This document shows, piece after piece, positions 29,018 to 37,297 of a stretch of DNA of 56,464 bases. The notes under the pieces were generated by a model, which saw nothing but the letters and a program-made list of their open reading frames with translations, ran no database searches and was not told where the DNA came from. A program made the position numbers and the translations under genes. Source of the DNA: Clostridia bacterium (lineage in GTDB: Bacteria; Bacillota; Clostridia; UMGS1810); the NCBI GenBank assembly GCA_045537365.1, contig JAZSPJ010000137.1:1-56464 (forward strand). Reading direction: 5' to 3'. Within the stretch, counting starts at the first letter, position 1, and each line of letters starts with the position of its first letter.

Positions 29018-30829
29018 TTATTCCACAGTAACCGATTTTGCAAGATTTCTCGGTTTGTCGGGGTCAAGACCTTTATATATGGCAGTATGGTATGCTATAA
29101 GCTGAAAGGGTATTTGAGATACAAGGGGTGCAAAAAGCGGATTGCATGACGGAATATAAATACTTTCATCAAAAACTATATCCGAAATACCCTCGCTTAA
29201 TATGCCTGTAACTCTGCCCTCTCTTGCCTTAACCTCTTTTACATTATTTTCGTTTTTTTCAATAAGGCTTATTTGAGTGCAAAGGCATAAAACGGGCACA
29301 GTATTATCTATAAGGGCAATTGAGCCGTGCTTTAATTCGCCCGATGCATGCGCAAAGGAATGTATATATGAAACCTCTCTTAATTTTAAAGCTCCCTCAA
29401 GTGCAGATGCATAATCAAGACCTCTGCCCATAAAAACAGCACTTTTATAATTTGCAAGGCTTTTGCTTATTCTTTGGGCGACCGTGTTACAGTTCAATGC
29501 CCTTTCTATTAAGGAAGGTATTTCAAGCAGGGTGTTTGTGTATTCCCTCATAAGCTTGGTTGTAAGTGTACCCTTTGTCTTTGCCAGAAAAAGTGCAAAA
29601 TTATACATTGCTGTAAGCTGTGCAGTATATGCCTTGGTTGATGCAACGGCTATCTCGGCTCCTGCTTTTGTAAGGTAAACAAAATCTGCCTCTCTTGCAA
29701 TGGTACTGTCCTTAACATTTGTAACGGCAAGCACCTTTGCTCCTATAAGCTTTGAAAGCCGAAGCCCTGCAATAGTATCGGCAGTTTCGCCCGACTGGCT
29801 TATAACAATAACAAGGGTGTTTTCATCAATTAAAGGGGAGCGATACCGAAACTCCGATGCTATATCTGCCTCCACAGGGATTTTTGTAAAATTTTCGATT
29901 ATAGCTTTACCCGTAAGACCTGCGTGATATGCTGTACCGCAGGCAACAATATATATTTTTTTAACGGTATTTAAATAAGTTTCGCAAACACCGTCAAACA
30001 GTACGGGGATATTATGAGCTATCCGTCCGCTTAAGCAATTTTTAACTGCCTGTGGCTGTTCGTAAATCTCTTTAAGCATATAATGGCTGTAACCTTGCTT
30101 ATCTATATCCAAAGCATCATCTGTATATGTTTTGAAATTTTTTGGTATTTCCTGCTTGTTTTTGTTATAAATTTTAATATCATTTTTGCGGATATAAGCA
30201 AATTCACCGTCGTTTAGTATTAAAAAGCGGTTTGTATAAGGCATAATCGCCTGCATATCAGATGCAATAAAGGTGTCGCCGTTTGAATTGCCTATTACAA
30301 GAGGGCTGTCGGATTTAACTGCTATCATTTCCCCGTTGTCCTGATTTAAAACGCTTATGGCATAGCTTCCTTTAAGCTTTTCGGTGGCTTTTATTACCGC
30401 ATCTAAAAAATCCCCCTTATAGTAATAACTGATTAAATTAGGTATAACCTCTGTATCGGTCTGGGACGAAAAGAAAAATCCGTTTTGCATAAGGCTTGCG
30501 CTAATATCCTTATAATTTTCAATTATTCCGTTATGCACAACTGCAATTTTACCGTCACAGCTTAAATGAGGATGAGCATTTATAGTGTCGGGTACACCGT
30601 GAGTTGCCCATCTTGTATGGCCTATACCGCAATTGCTGTGAAAATCGCTTTTCGCAAGCTTTTGCTTTAAATTTTCAAGCTTGCCTGCGCTTTTTACAAG
30701 CTGTATTTTGCCTTGGCTTAAAAGGGCAACGCCTGATGAGTCGTAGCCTCTGTATTCAAGCCTTTCAAGCCCGCCGATTAAAAACGGCAGAGCATCACCT
30801 GTTCCCATATATCCGACTATTCCGCACAT
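29018..30829 (-). CDS. glmS: Glutamine--fructose-6-phosphate aminotransferase
   Basis: MCGIVGY N-terminal nucleophile, two SIS domains, C-terminal KSVTVE. Confidence 0.97.
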   Translation of the reverse strand: MCGIVGYMGTGDALPFLIGGLERLEYRGYDSSGVALLSQGKIQLVKSAGKLENLKQKLAKSDFHSNCGIGHTRWATHGVPDTINAHPHLSCDGKIAVVHNGIIENYKDISASLMQNGFFFSSQTDTEVIPNLISYYYKGDFLDAVIKATEKLKGSYAISVLNQDNGEMIAVKSDSPLVIGNSNGDTFIASDMQAIMPYTNRFLILNDGEFAYIRKNDIKIYNKNKQEIPKNFKTYTDDALDIDKQGYSHYMLKEIYEQPQAVKNCLSGRIAHNIPVLFDGVCETYLNTVKKIYIVACGTAYHAGLTGKAIIENFTKIPVEADIASEFRYRSPLIDENTLVIVISQSGETADTIAGLRLSKLIGAKVLAVTNVKDSTIAREADFVYLTKAGAEIAVASTKAYTAQLTAMYNFALFLAKTKGTLTTKLMREYTNTLLEIPSLIERALNCNTVAQRISKSLANYKSAVFMGRGLDYASALEGALKLREVSYIHSFAHASGELKHGSIALIDNTVPVLCLCTQISLIEKNENNVKEVKAREGRVTGILSEGISDIVFDESIYIPSCNPLFAPLVSQIPFQLIAYHTAIYKGLDPDKPRNLAKSVTVE

Positions 30830-30889
30830 ACATAAAACTCCTTTAAAATGAATATATATGTTATTTTATATTTTTTCGTCATTTTTATG

Positions 30890-30918
30890 TAGATTTTTAT
30901 TTTCAAATATGTTATAAT
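30890..30918 (+). promoter_or_regulatory. Extended -10 promoter reading toward the repeat array and comM
   Basis: TGtTATAAT at 30910-30918. The -35 is weak (TAGATT) at 17-nt spacing. Confidence 0.4.
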
Positions 30919-30940
30919 GAATTCAACAAAGTTGAATTCA
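30918..30940. promoter_or_regulatory. Perfect 23-bp palindrome overlapping the -10 and +1 positions (operator-like)
   Basis: TGAATTCAAC-AAA-GTTGAATTCA. Confidence 0.45.
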
Positions 30941-31086
30941 GATAAATTCGCTATTGCGAGCTAAATGTGCTTTGGCACGCTAAATTACTTCGTAGCTAAA
31001 TTGACCTTGCGGTCAGCTAAAAGCGAATTTAATTTAGCTGTTTCAAAGAAACAATTTAGCTATGCAACTTGTTGCAAAATTTAGCT
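30941..31086. repeat. Array of a constant 8-9 nt unit interleaved with different mini-palindromes. The unit runs forward five times, then inverted three times.
   Basis: Forward unit (A)GCTAAAT(T) at 30941 (degenerate GATAAATT), 30959, 30979, 30994 and 31015. Inverted unit AATTTAGC(T) at 31031, 31053 and 31078. The spacers are CGCTATTGCG, GTGCTTTGGCAC, (T)ACTTCGT(A), GACCTTGCGGTC, GTTTCAAAGAAAC and TGCAACTTGTTGCA. Confidence 0.7.
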
Positions 31087-31267
31087 AAAAAGAAATTGTC
31101 ATGATGTGAGTACAAGTTAATAATAAATAATTGTTGGCAAATTCGCAGAATGTTAATTTCATCAATAAATACGGTTAAAGGAAAATCTTAATGATGAGTT
31201 GATTACTAAATCGTTCACTAATTCTATAATGCAAAATATAATAGATTTGTAAAGGAGGAACGTATAT

Positions 31268-32806
31268 ATGTCGCTTTCTAATATATATTCTGCAGGAATT
31301 TTTGGCATAAACGGCTATGTTGTAGAGGTTGAAACCGATATGTCTAACGGCATGCCGGGAGTTGATATTGTAGGCTTGCCGGACAATGCGGTTAAAGAGT
31401 CAAAAGAAAGGGTTAAATCTGCTATAAAAAACAGCGGTTTTGATTATCCGCAAAAGAAAATAGTAATAAATCTTGCGCCTGCAAATGTAAAAAAAGAGGG
31501 CGTATTTCTTGATTTGCCAATTGCATGTGCAATTTTGGTATCGTCAGGTCAGATAGTAAACGATAATATATCGGATTATATGATAATTGGAGAGCTTGCA
31601 CTCGACGGCAGTGTCAGAAAGGCGGCAGGTGTGCTTTCTATGACAGTTGCCGCAAGAGATGAAGGCATAAAAAATGTGATAGTTCCCTTTGAAAATGCTT
31701 ATGAGGCATCGGTAGTTGATGGTATTAATGTTTACGGAGCAACAAGCTTAAATGAGGTGGTAAGCCATTTAAGGGGCAGTAAGCTTATGGAGCCTGCAAT
31801 AGCCGATATAGATAAAATGTTTTCCGAGAGTTCGTTTTACGATATTGATTTTGAAAATGTAAAAGGTCAGGAAAGTGCAAAAAGAGCATTGGAGGTTGCG
31901 GCGGCAGGAGGACATAACTGCCTTATGGTCGGCTCTCCCGGTTCAGGTAAAACAATGCTTGCAAAAAGACTTCCTACAATACTGCCCGACTTAACCTTTG
32001 AGGAAGCTCTTGAGGTAACAAAAATTTATTCAATAAGCGGTAAGCTCTCAAGCGATACGGCGCTTGTAACCAAACGTCCCTTCAGAAGTCCGCACCATAC
32101 TGTATCTAACGTGGCATTAACAGGCGGAGGCAGTATGCCAAAGCCCGGCGAGGTAAGCCTTGCACACAGAGGTGTATTGTTTCTTGACGAACTGCCTGAA
32201 TTCAGAAAGGATGCCATAGAAGCTATGCGCCAGCCTATTGAGGACGGACAATTTACCGTAGCAAGAGTGGCAGGCAATGCAACATTTCCAAGCTCGGTGA
32301 TGCTTATTGCAAGTATGAACCCTTGTAAATGCGGATATTTTGGCGATGCATCAAGGGAGTGCATTTGTACCCCCATACAGATACAAAATTATTTAAGTAA
32401 AATATCAGGTCCTATGCTTGACAGATTTGACATACATATTCAGGTGCCGTCGGTAAAATATAATGAGCTTTCGTCGGACAAAAATGGCGAAAAATCAAAA
32501 TATATTAAAGAGCGTGTTGAAAAAGCAAGGCAAATTCAGCTTGAGCGGTATAAGGATATGGGTATATTTACAAATTCACAGCTTGGGGCTTATGGTATAG
32601 AAAAGTTTTGCAGAATTGATGCACAATCGAGTGAGCTTTTAAATAATGTATTTGATAAGCTTGGCTTAAGTGCAAGAGCACACGCACGAATTTTAAAGGT
32701 TGCACGCACTATTGCAGATTTGGAGGCAAGCCCTGATATACAGTTTAATCATATAGCAGAGGCTATACAGTACAGAAGTCTTGATAAAAAATTCTGGTTT
32801 AAATAA
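31268..32806 (+). CDS. comM: YifB/ComM-family Mg-chelatase-like AAA+ ATPase
   Basis: 512 aa. Lon-protease-like N-terminal domain, Walker A GSPGSGKT, and VLFLDELPEF. Confidence 0.9.
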   Translation: MSLSNIYSAGIFGINGYVVEVETDMSNGMPGVDIVGLPDNAVKESKERVKSAIKNSGFDYPQKKIVINLAPANVKKEGVFLDLPIACAILVSSGQIVNDNISDYMIIGELALDGSVRKAAGVLSMTVAARDEGIKNVIVPFENAYEASVVDGINVYGATSLNEVVSHLRGSKLMEPAIADIDKMFSESSFYDIDFENVKGQESAKRALEVAAAGGHNCLMVGSPGSGKTMLAKRLPTILPDLTFEEALEVTKIYSISGKLSSDTALVTKRPFRSPHHTVSNVALTGGGSMPKPGEVSLAHRGVLFLDELPEFRKDAIEAMRQPIEDGQFTVARVAGNATFPSSVMLIASMNPCKCGYFGDASRECICTPIQIQNYLSKISGPMLDRFDIHIQVPSVKYNELSSDKNGEKSKYIKERVEKARQIQLERYKDMGIFTNSQLGAYGIEKFCRIDAQSSELLNNVFDKLGLSARAHARILKVARTIADLEASPDIQFNHIAEAIQYRSLDKKFWFK

Positions 32807-32823
32807 AGAGAGGTAAGTAAATT

Positions 32824-33666
32824 ATGAGTTCACCTATATTTAAAATTATAAAATTTTTAATACCTGTTATTGTAATATGGATAATGGCAACTGCCTTTGG
32901 ATGGATTGGCGGTGTGGTTGGTTTTGTAGCTTGTGCCGTAGTTATAGCATACACCGGCAGAGCAACATTTATGTTTCTGGCAGGAAGCTTTAAGTTTAAC
33001 GATAATAACGAGCTTGGCTTAAAGCTTATGGAAAAGGCGTATAAAACCGGTAAACTTTCACCTGAAAGAGCTCTTGCTTTTGCGTTTTTGGTGCTCCGTG
33101 ACGGTCAGGTAGAAAGAGCTGAAAAGCTTATAAATAAAATAACCTATTTAAAGAAAAACGAAATTAAAAAAGATTACCTTATGCTTGCAAAGGTACACAA
33201 TGCGCTTATTATGTGGAAGCAGGGCAATTTATCGGAGGCCATAAATTTACTTGAGGAGCTTTATGATAACGGTTACAAATCCACAACCTTTTATGGCACA
33301 CTCGGTTATTTTTATATACTTGACGGTCAGCTTTCAAAGGCTTTGCAGTTTAATCTTGAGGCTTATGAATATAACAGCACAAACTTTATAATTCAGGACA
33401 ACCTTGCAAGCAACTATCTGGCTTTGGCAGAGTATGACAAAGCACAGGAGCTTTACGACAAGCTTCTGGCTCAAGGTCCTAAATTTATAGAACCGTATTA
33501 TAACTTTGCAAAGCTTATGGAAATAAGAGGCAACAAAAGCGATGCAATTGAATATTATAAAAAGGCTCTTGAATTTGAGGAAAAGTTTTTGTCTACCATA
33601 ACGCACGACGATGTACAGTCGGCACTTGATGCGCTTTTAAATTCCAACGATACGGAGATGGAATAA
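32824..33666 (+). CDS. Membrane-anchored TPR-repeat protein
   Basis: Two N-terminal TM helices followed by TPR-like repeats (AINLLEELY, ALQFNLEAYEYN, AQELYDKLL, AIEYYKKALEF). Confidence 0.65.
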   Translation: MSSPIFKIIKFLIPVIVIWIMATAFGWIGGVVGFVACAVVIAYTGRATFMFLAGSFKFNDNNELGLKLMEKAYKTGKLSPERALAFAFLVLRDGQVERAEKLINKITYLKKNEIKKDYLMLAKVHNALIMWKQGNLSEAINLLEELYDNGYKSTTFYGTLGYFYILDGQLSKALQFNLEAYEYNSTNFIIQDNLASNYLALAEYDKAQELYDKLLAQGPKFIEPYYNFAKLMEIRGNKSDAIEYYKKALEFEEKFLSTITHDDVQSALDALLNSNDTEME

Positions 33667-34350
33667 TTGAAAATATTGTATTTTGACTGCTTTGCAGGCT
33701 TTGACCTTGAAAAGCTTTTAGGTGCTTTTGCTGACCTTGGGGTAAACAGCACGCTTATAGAAAAAGAGCTTAAAGGTATAGATGCCGACTGCTCAGTTGA
33801 TATAATTAATGTATCAAGAAAAGGCGTTGACGCAAAGCTTGCAGGAATAAATGCACCGCAAAAAACAATTGATTTTGACAGTATAGATGCTATACTTGAA
33901 AATATTTCAAACAACACATTAAAAAACCGTATTACAAGGGTTTTTAATATTGTATGGCAAAGTATGGGGAAGGCTTATACCTTTGAATACAGGGATGTGT
34001 TATACCTTATAGCGGTACTTACGGCAGAATTTTATCTGGACACAAAAAAATTAATAGTATCGCCTGTTGCGGCAGCTAATCAAAGCGATGCACATAAAAT
34101 ACTTAAAAATGCGAATATTGAGGCGTTTTGTGCAGATAATTCAGTCTGCACAGCCGATGTTTTTGGTTCGGCATATTTAAGTGCCTTTGCAAGTGAGGTT
34201 TGTGCATTTTGTGATTATGATATTATGAAAACGGGTTATGGAGCAGGTGCGTCAGATGCCGAAATATCAAATGTATTAAGAGTAGTATTGGCGGATGACG
34301 GAGAATTTGAAAGTACAGAGCTTTTTTTAAAAGAATTTATGACAATTTAG
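33667..34350 (+). CDS. Short LarC (DUF111)-like protein with a degenerate N-terminal motif
   Basis: TTG start 9 nt after GGAG. MKILYFDCFAGFDLEKLLGAFADLGV resembles the LarC N-terminus MKxLYxDCFSGISGDMxLGALxDLGV, but the GISGDM block is replaced. It is only 227 aa. Confidence 0.4.
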   Translation: MKILYFDCFAGFDLEKLLGAFADLGVNSTLIEKELKGIDADCSVDIINVSRKGVDAKLAGINAPQKTIDFDSIDAILENISNNTLKNRITRVFNIVWQSMGKAYTFEYRDVLYLIAVLTAEFYLDTKKLIVSPVAAANQSDAHKILKNANIEAFCADNSVCTADVFGSAYLSAFASEVCAFCDYDIMKTGYGAGASDAEISNVLRVVLADDGEFESTELFLKEFMTI

Positions 34351-34382
34351 TATCACACTAAACATAAAGGATGTAAAATTAA

Positions 34383-35330
34383 ATGAGAACAGTAATTGTA
34401 AACAGCAACGATGCAAATCAGCGAACGGATAAATTTTTAATTAAATATTTTAAAAATATGCCCCAAAGTATGATATACAAGGCTATACGCAAAAAGCGCA
34501 TTAAGATTAATTCAAAAAAATGCGAAATAAACTATATGCTTAAAGAGGGCGACCGTATAGATATGTACATTAACGACGAGTTTTTTGAAAACCGTACTTA
34601 TGAGGTTGATTTAAAAAATATTGATTATGAGCTTAATATAGTGTATGAGGATGAAAATATTATGCTTGTGGATAAAAAACCGGGTGTGATTGTGCACGAT
34701 GATGAAAGCGAGAAAAACAAAACTCTTATAAATTATATTAAAGCATATTTATATAAAAAGGGTGAGTATAATCCTGATTTGGAAAACAGCTTTGCACCGT
34801 CTCTATGTAACAGAATAGACCGTAATACAGGCGGTATAGTTATAGCGGCAAAAAATGCCGAAGCCCTTAAAATAATTAACGAAAAAATTAAAAATCGAGA
34901 AATAAAAAAATTCTATTTATGTCTGGTAAGCGGTAAGCTTAAAGTAAAGCAGGATACCTTGAAAGGCTATCTTGTAAAAAATACCGGCCAGAACAGAGTG
35001 TATATACATAATACTCCGCAAAAGGACGGTAAAACCATTGAAACCAAGTACAGGGTGCTTAAAGAGGGGAATTTAACAAGCCTTGTTGAAGTGGAGCTTT
35101 TAACAGGGCGCACACATCAGATAAGGGCGCATTTTGCGTCTGTCGGGCATCCCCTTGCAGGCGACGGAAAGTACGGTACAAACGAGTTTAATAAAAAGGT
35201 GGGAATGAAAACACAGGCACTGTATTCATATAAGCTTACTTTTAATTTTAAGGATGAAAATATGCTTTCATATTTAAACGGGAAAACCTTTGAAGTAGAT
35301 ATAGTACCGTTTTCAGAAAATATAATATAA
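34383..35330 (+). CDS. RluA-family pseudouridine synthase (RluC/D-like, N-terminal S4 domain)
   Basis: NRIDRNTGGIVIAAK catalytic Asp motif and GRTHQIRAHFASVGHPLAGDGKYG. Confidence 0.85.
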   Translation: MRTVIVNSNDANQRTDKFLIKYFKNMPQSMIYKAIRKKRIKINSKKCEINYMLKEGDRIDMYINDEFFENRTYEVDLKNIDYELNIVYEDENIMLVDKKPGVIVHDDESEKNKTLINYIKAYLYKKGEYNPDLENSFAPSLCNRIDRNTGGIVIAAKNAEALKIINEKIKNREIKKFYLCLVSGKLKVKQDTLKGYLVKNTGQNRVYIHNTPQKDGKTIETKYRVLKEGNLTSLVEVELLTGRTHQIRAHFASVGHPLAGDGKYGTNEFNKKVGMKTQALYSYKLTFNFKDENMLSYLNGKTFEVDIVPFSENII

Positions 35331-35385
35331 GGGGATGTAAAATAAAGCGCATACTGCTTATTCTGCATCTTATTTTCCTATCCCC

Positions 35386-35430
35386 AAGTGGGGTGTAAAT
35401 TAATTCTGTGAAATAATTTACACCCCACTT
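35386..35430. terminator. Bidirectional terminator between the rluA-like gene and mscL
   Basis: 17-bp inverted repeat AAGTGGGGTGTAAATTA / TAATTTACACCCCACTT. Confidence 0.7.
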
Positions 35431-35441
35431 ATTAGTTATTC

Positions 35442-35819
35442 TTATTTTTTTAACAAATCTCTTATTTCCTCAAGAAGTGCTATATCGTCGGGCTTTTTAA
35501 CTTCAACAGGTGGCTCTTCTTTAGGTCTTTTAAGTGAATTTACAACTTTTACCAAAACAAAAAGTGCGGCGGCTACTATAACAAAATCAACAATGTTTTG
35601 TATAAGCAGACCGTATTCAATTTTTGCATCGCCGATTGTAACACATAAGCTTGAAAAATCCTTACCGCCTATTATTATTCCCACAACAGGCATAATAATA
35701 TTTGCAACAAGTGAGTCCACAATAGCTTTGAAAGCAGCACCTATAATAACACCTATTGCCAGGTCAAGGGCATTGCCTTTTATAGCAAACTCTTTAAATT
35801 CCTGTAAAAACTTTTTCAT
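35442..35819 (-). CDS. mscL: Large-conductance mechanosensitive channel
   Basis: 125 aa. FKEFAIKGNALDLAIGVIIGAAF is canonical for MscL. Confidence 0.95.
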   Translation of the reverse strand: MKKFLQEFKEFAIKGNALDLAIGVIIGAAFKAIVDSLVANIIMPVVGIIIGGKDFSSLCVTIGDAKIEYGLLIQNIVDFVIVAAALFVLVKVVNSLKRPKEEPPVEVKKPDDIALLEEIRDLLKK

Positions 35820-35840
35820 TTTATATACACTCCTTCTTTT

Positions 35841-35880
35841 GTAAAAATCCCCGAAGGCTAAATGCTTTCGGGGATTAATT
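35841..35880 (-). terminator. Terminator of the MsmK-like ATPase gene
   Basis: Stem AATCCCCGAA / TTCGGGGATT, with a T-run on the minus strand. Confidence 0.65.
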
Positions 35881-35889
35881 TTGTATTAA

Positions 35890-37002
35890 TTAGTTTAACA
35901 AAGCAAGCTCTGTTTCTTTATCAAAGAGGTGGATTTTATTAACATCAACACCGATTTTGATATCGTCGCCGGCAGCTGCTGTTGTTCTTGGGTTAACTCT
36001 TGCTGTGAAAGCATTGTCAGAAATCTTGAGGTAGAGATATGTTTCTGCGCCCATCATTTCTGTTAAGTCAACATGAGCTGTAACAGTTGCATCAGGATAT
36101 GATGAAAGGAACTGCTCCTCATCGTGTAAATCCTCAGGTCTGATACCCATAATAACTTCTTTGCCGATAACACCTGCTTCTTTAACCTTTGAACCAACGC
36201 CGTCAGGTAATTTAATTGAGTTACCCGCAAAGTCAAGTGATACAACACCGTCTGTCTCATTTGCTACACAGCTTACAAAGTTCATCTGAGGGCTTCCGAT
36301 AAAGCCTGCAACGAACATATTGCATGGGTTGTTGTAAAGGTTTACAGGTGAATCTATCTGCTGAACAAAACCGTCTTTCATAACAATGATTCTTGTACCC
36401 ATTGTCATAGCTTCGGTCTGGTCGTGTGTAACATAGATAAATGTTGTCTGCAATCTCTGGTGGAGCTTACCGATTTCTGTTCTCATCTGAACTCTGAGCT
36501 TAGCATCAAGGTTAGAGAGAGGTTCGTCCATAAGGAATACCTTAGGTTCACGAACGATAGCACGGCCTAAAGCAACACGCTGTCTCTGACCGCCGGACAA
36601 AGCCTTTGGCTTTCTGTCGAGTAAATGTTCAATGTCAAGGATTTTAGCAGCCTCAACAACTCTTCTTTTAATTTCATCTTTTGGTGTTTTTCTAAGTTTA
36701 AGACCAAATGCCATATTTTCATATACGGTCATGTGTGGGTAAAGTGCATAGTTCTGGAAAACCATTGCAATATCTCTGTCCTTTGGTGCAACATCATTAA
36801 CGAGCTGATCGCCGATGTAAAGCTCACCTTCAGAAATTTCCTCAAGGCCTGCAATCATACGAAGTGTGGTAGATTTACCACAGCCTGAAGGACCAACCAA
36901 TACGATAAACTCTTTATCTTCAATATCAAGACAAAAATCTGATACAGCGGTTACGCCACCTGCGTATTTCTTATAAATGTGATCTAACTTTAAACTTGCC
37001 AT
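35890..37002 (-). CDS. Stand-alone carbohydrate ABC-transporter ATP-binding protein (MsmK/MalK/UgpC type)
   Basis: GPSGCGKST, LSGGQRQRVALGRA, and a C-terminal TOBE-like regulatory domain. There are no adjacent permease or SBP genes. Confidence 0.85.
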   Translation of the reverse strand: MASLKLDHIYKKYAGGVTAVSDFCLDIEDKEFIVLVGPSGCGKSTTLRMIAGLEEISEGELYIGDQLVNDVAPKDRDIAMVFQNYALYPHMTVYENMAFGLKLRKTPKDEIKRRVVEAAKILDIEHLLDRKPKALSGGQRQRVALGRAIVREPKVFLMDEPLSNLDAKLRVQMRTEIGKLHQRLQTTFIYVTHDQTEAMTMGTRIIVMKDGFVQQIDSPVNLYNNPCNMFVAGFIGSPQMNFVSCVANETDGVVSLDFAGNSIKLPDGVGSKVKEAGVIGKEVIMGIRPEDLHDEEQFLSSYPDATVTAHVDLTEMMGAETYLYLKISDNAFTARVNPRTTAAAGDDIKIGVDVNKIHLFDKETELALLN

Positions 37003-37297
37003 TATATAACCTCCTGTTATGCGCTACCGACGCACATTAAACTTTATGATAATAGTTTAACACAAACTTACCAAAAGTGCCAATGTTTAAATAACCAAAA
37101 TATTTTAAGTTTTGTTGTCTACATTGCATAAAAACCCACAACGCAGTTATTTCAACACTTTTAAGGTGTTTTTTTATTAGAGTTTATGCACAAAAACAAG
37201 CCTGATTTTTTCATATTCTTTTAGTTATAAAAGCCTTGAGGTATAATTTTGTTCGTCTTTTTTGTGTAATTTTTGTTTGTTTTTTACAATTTTCCTA

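Noticed and set aside
30965-31081. A 38-codon ATG ORF running through the hairpin array (MCFGTLNYFVAKLTLRSAKSEFNLAVSKKQFSYATCCKI)
   Set aside because: It has no RBS. The open frame is most simply a by-product of the repeated AGCTAAATT unit, and the composition is not protein-like.
30941-31086. The repeat-and-spacer appearance suggested a degenerate CRISPR-like array
   Set aside because: The repeat unit is only 8-9 nt and the spacers are 7-16 nt and self-complementary. The unit flips orientation midway, and there are no cas genes or leader. It does not fit CRISPR architecture.
37154-37177. A plus-strand hairpin (AACACT/GGTGTT) followed by a T6 run in the msmK-pheT spacer, possibly the end of an sRNA
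   Set aside because: The stem is only 6 bp with a G.U pair. I found no plus-strand promoter or gene upstream. It is probably fortuitous in AT-rich spacer DNA.
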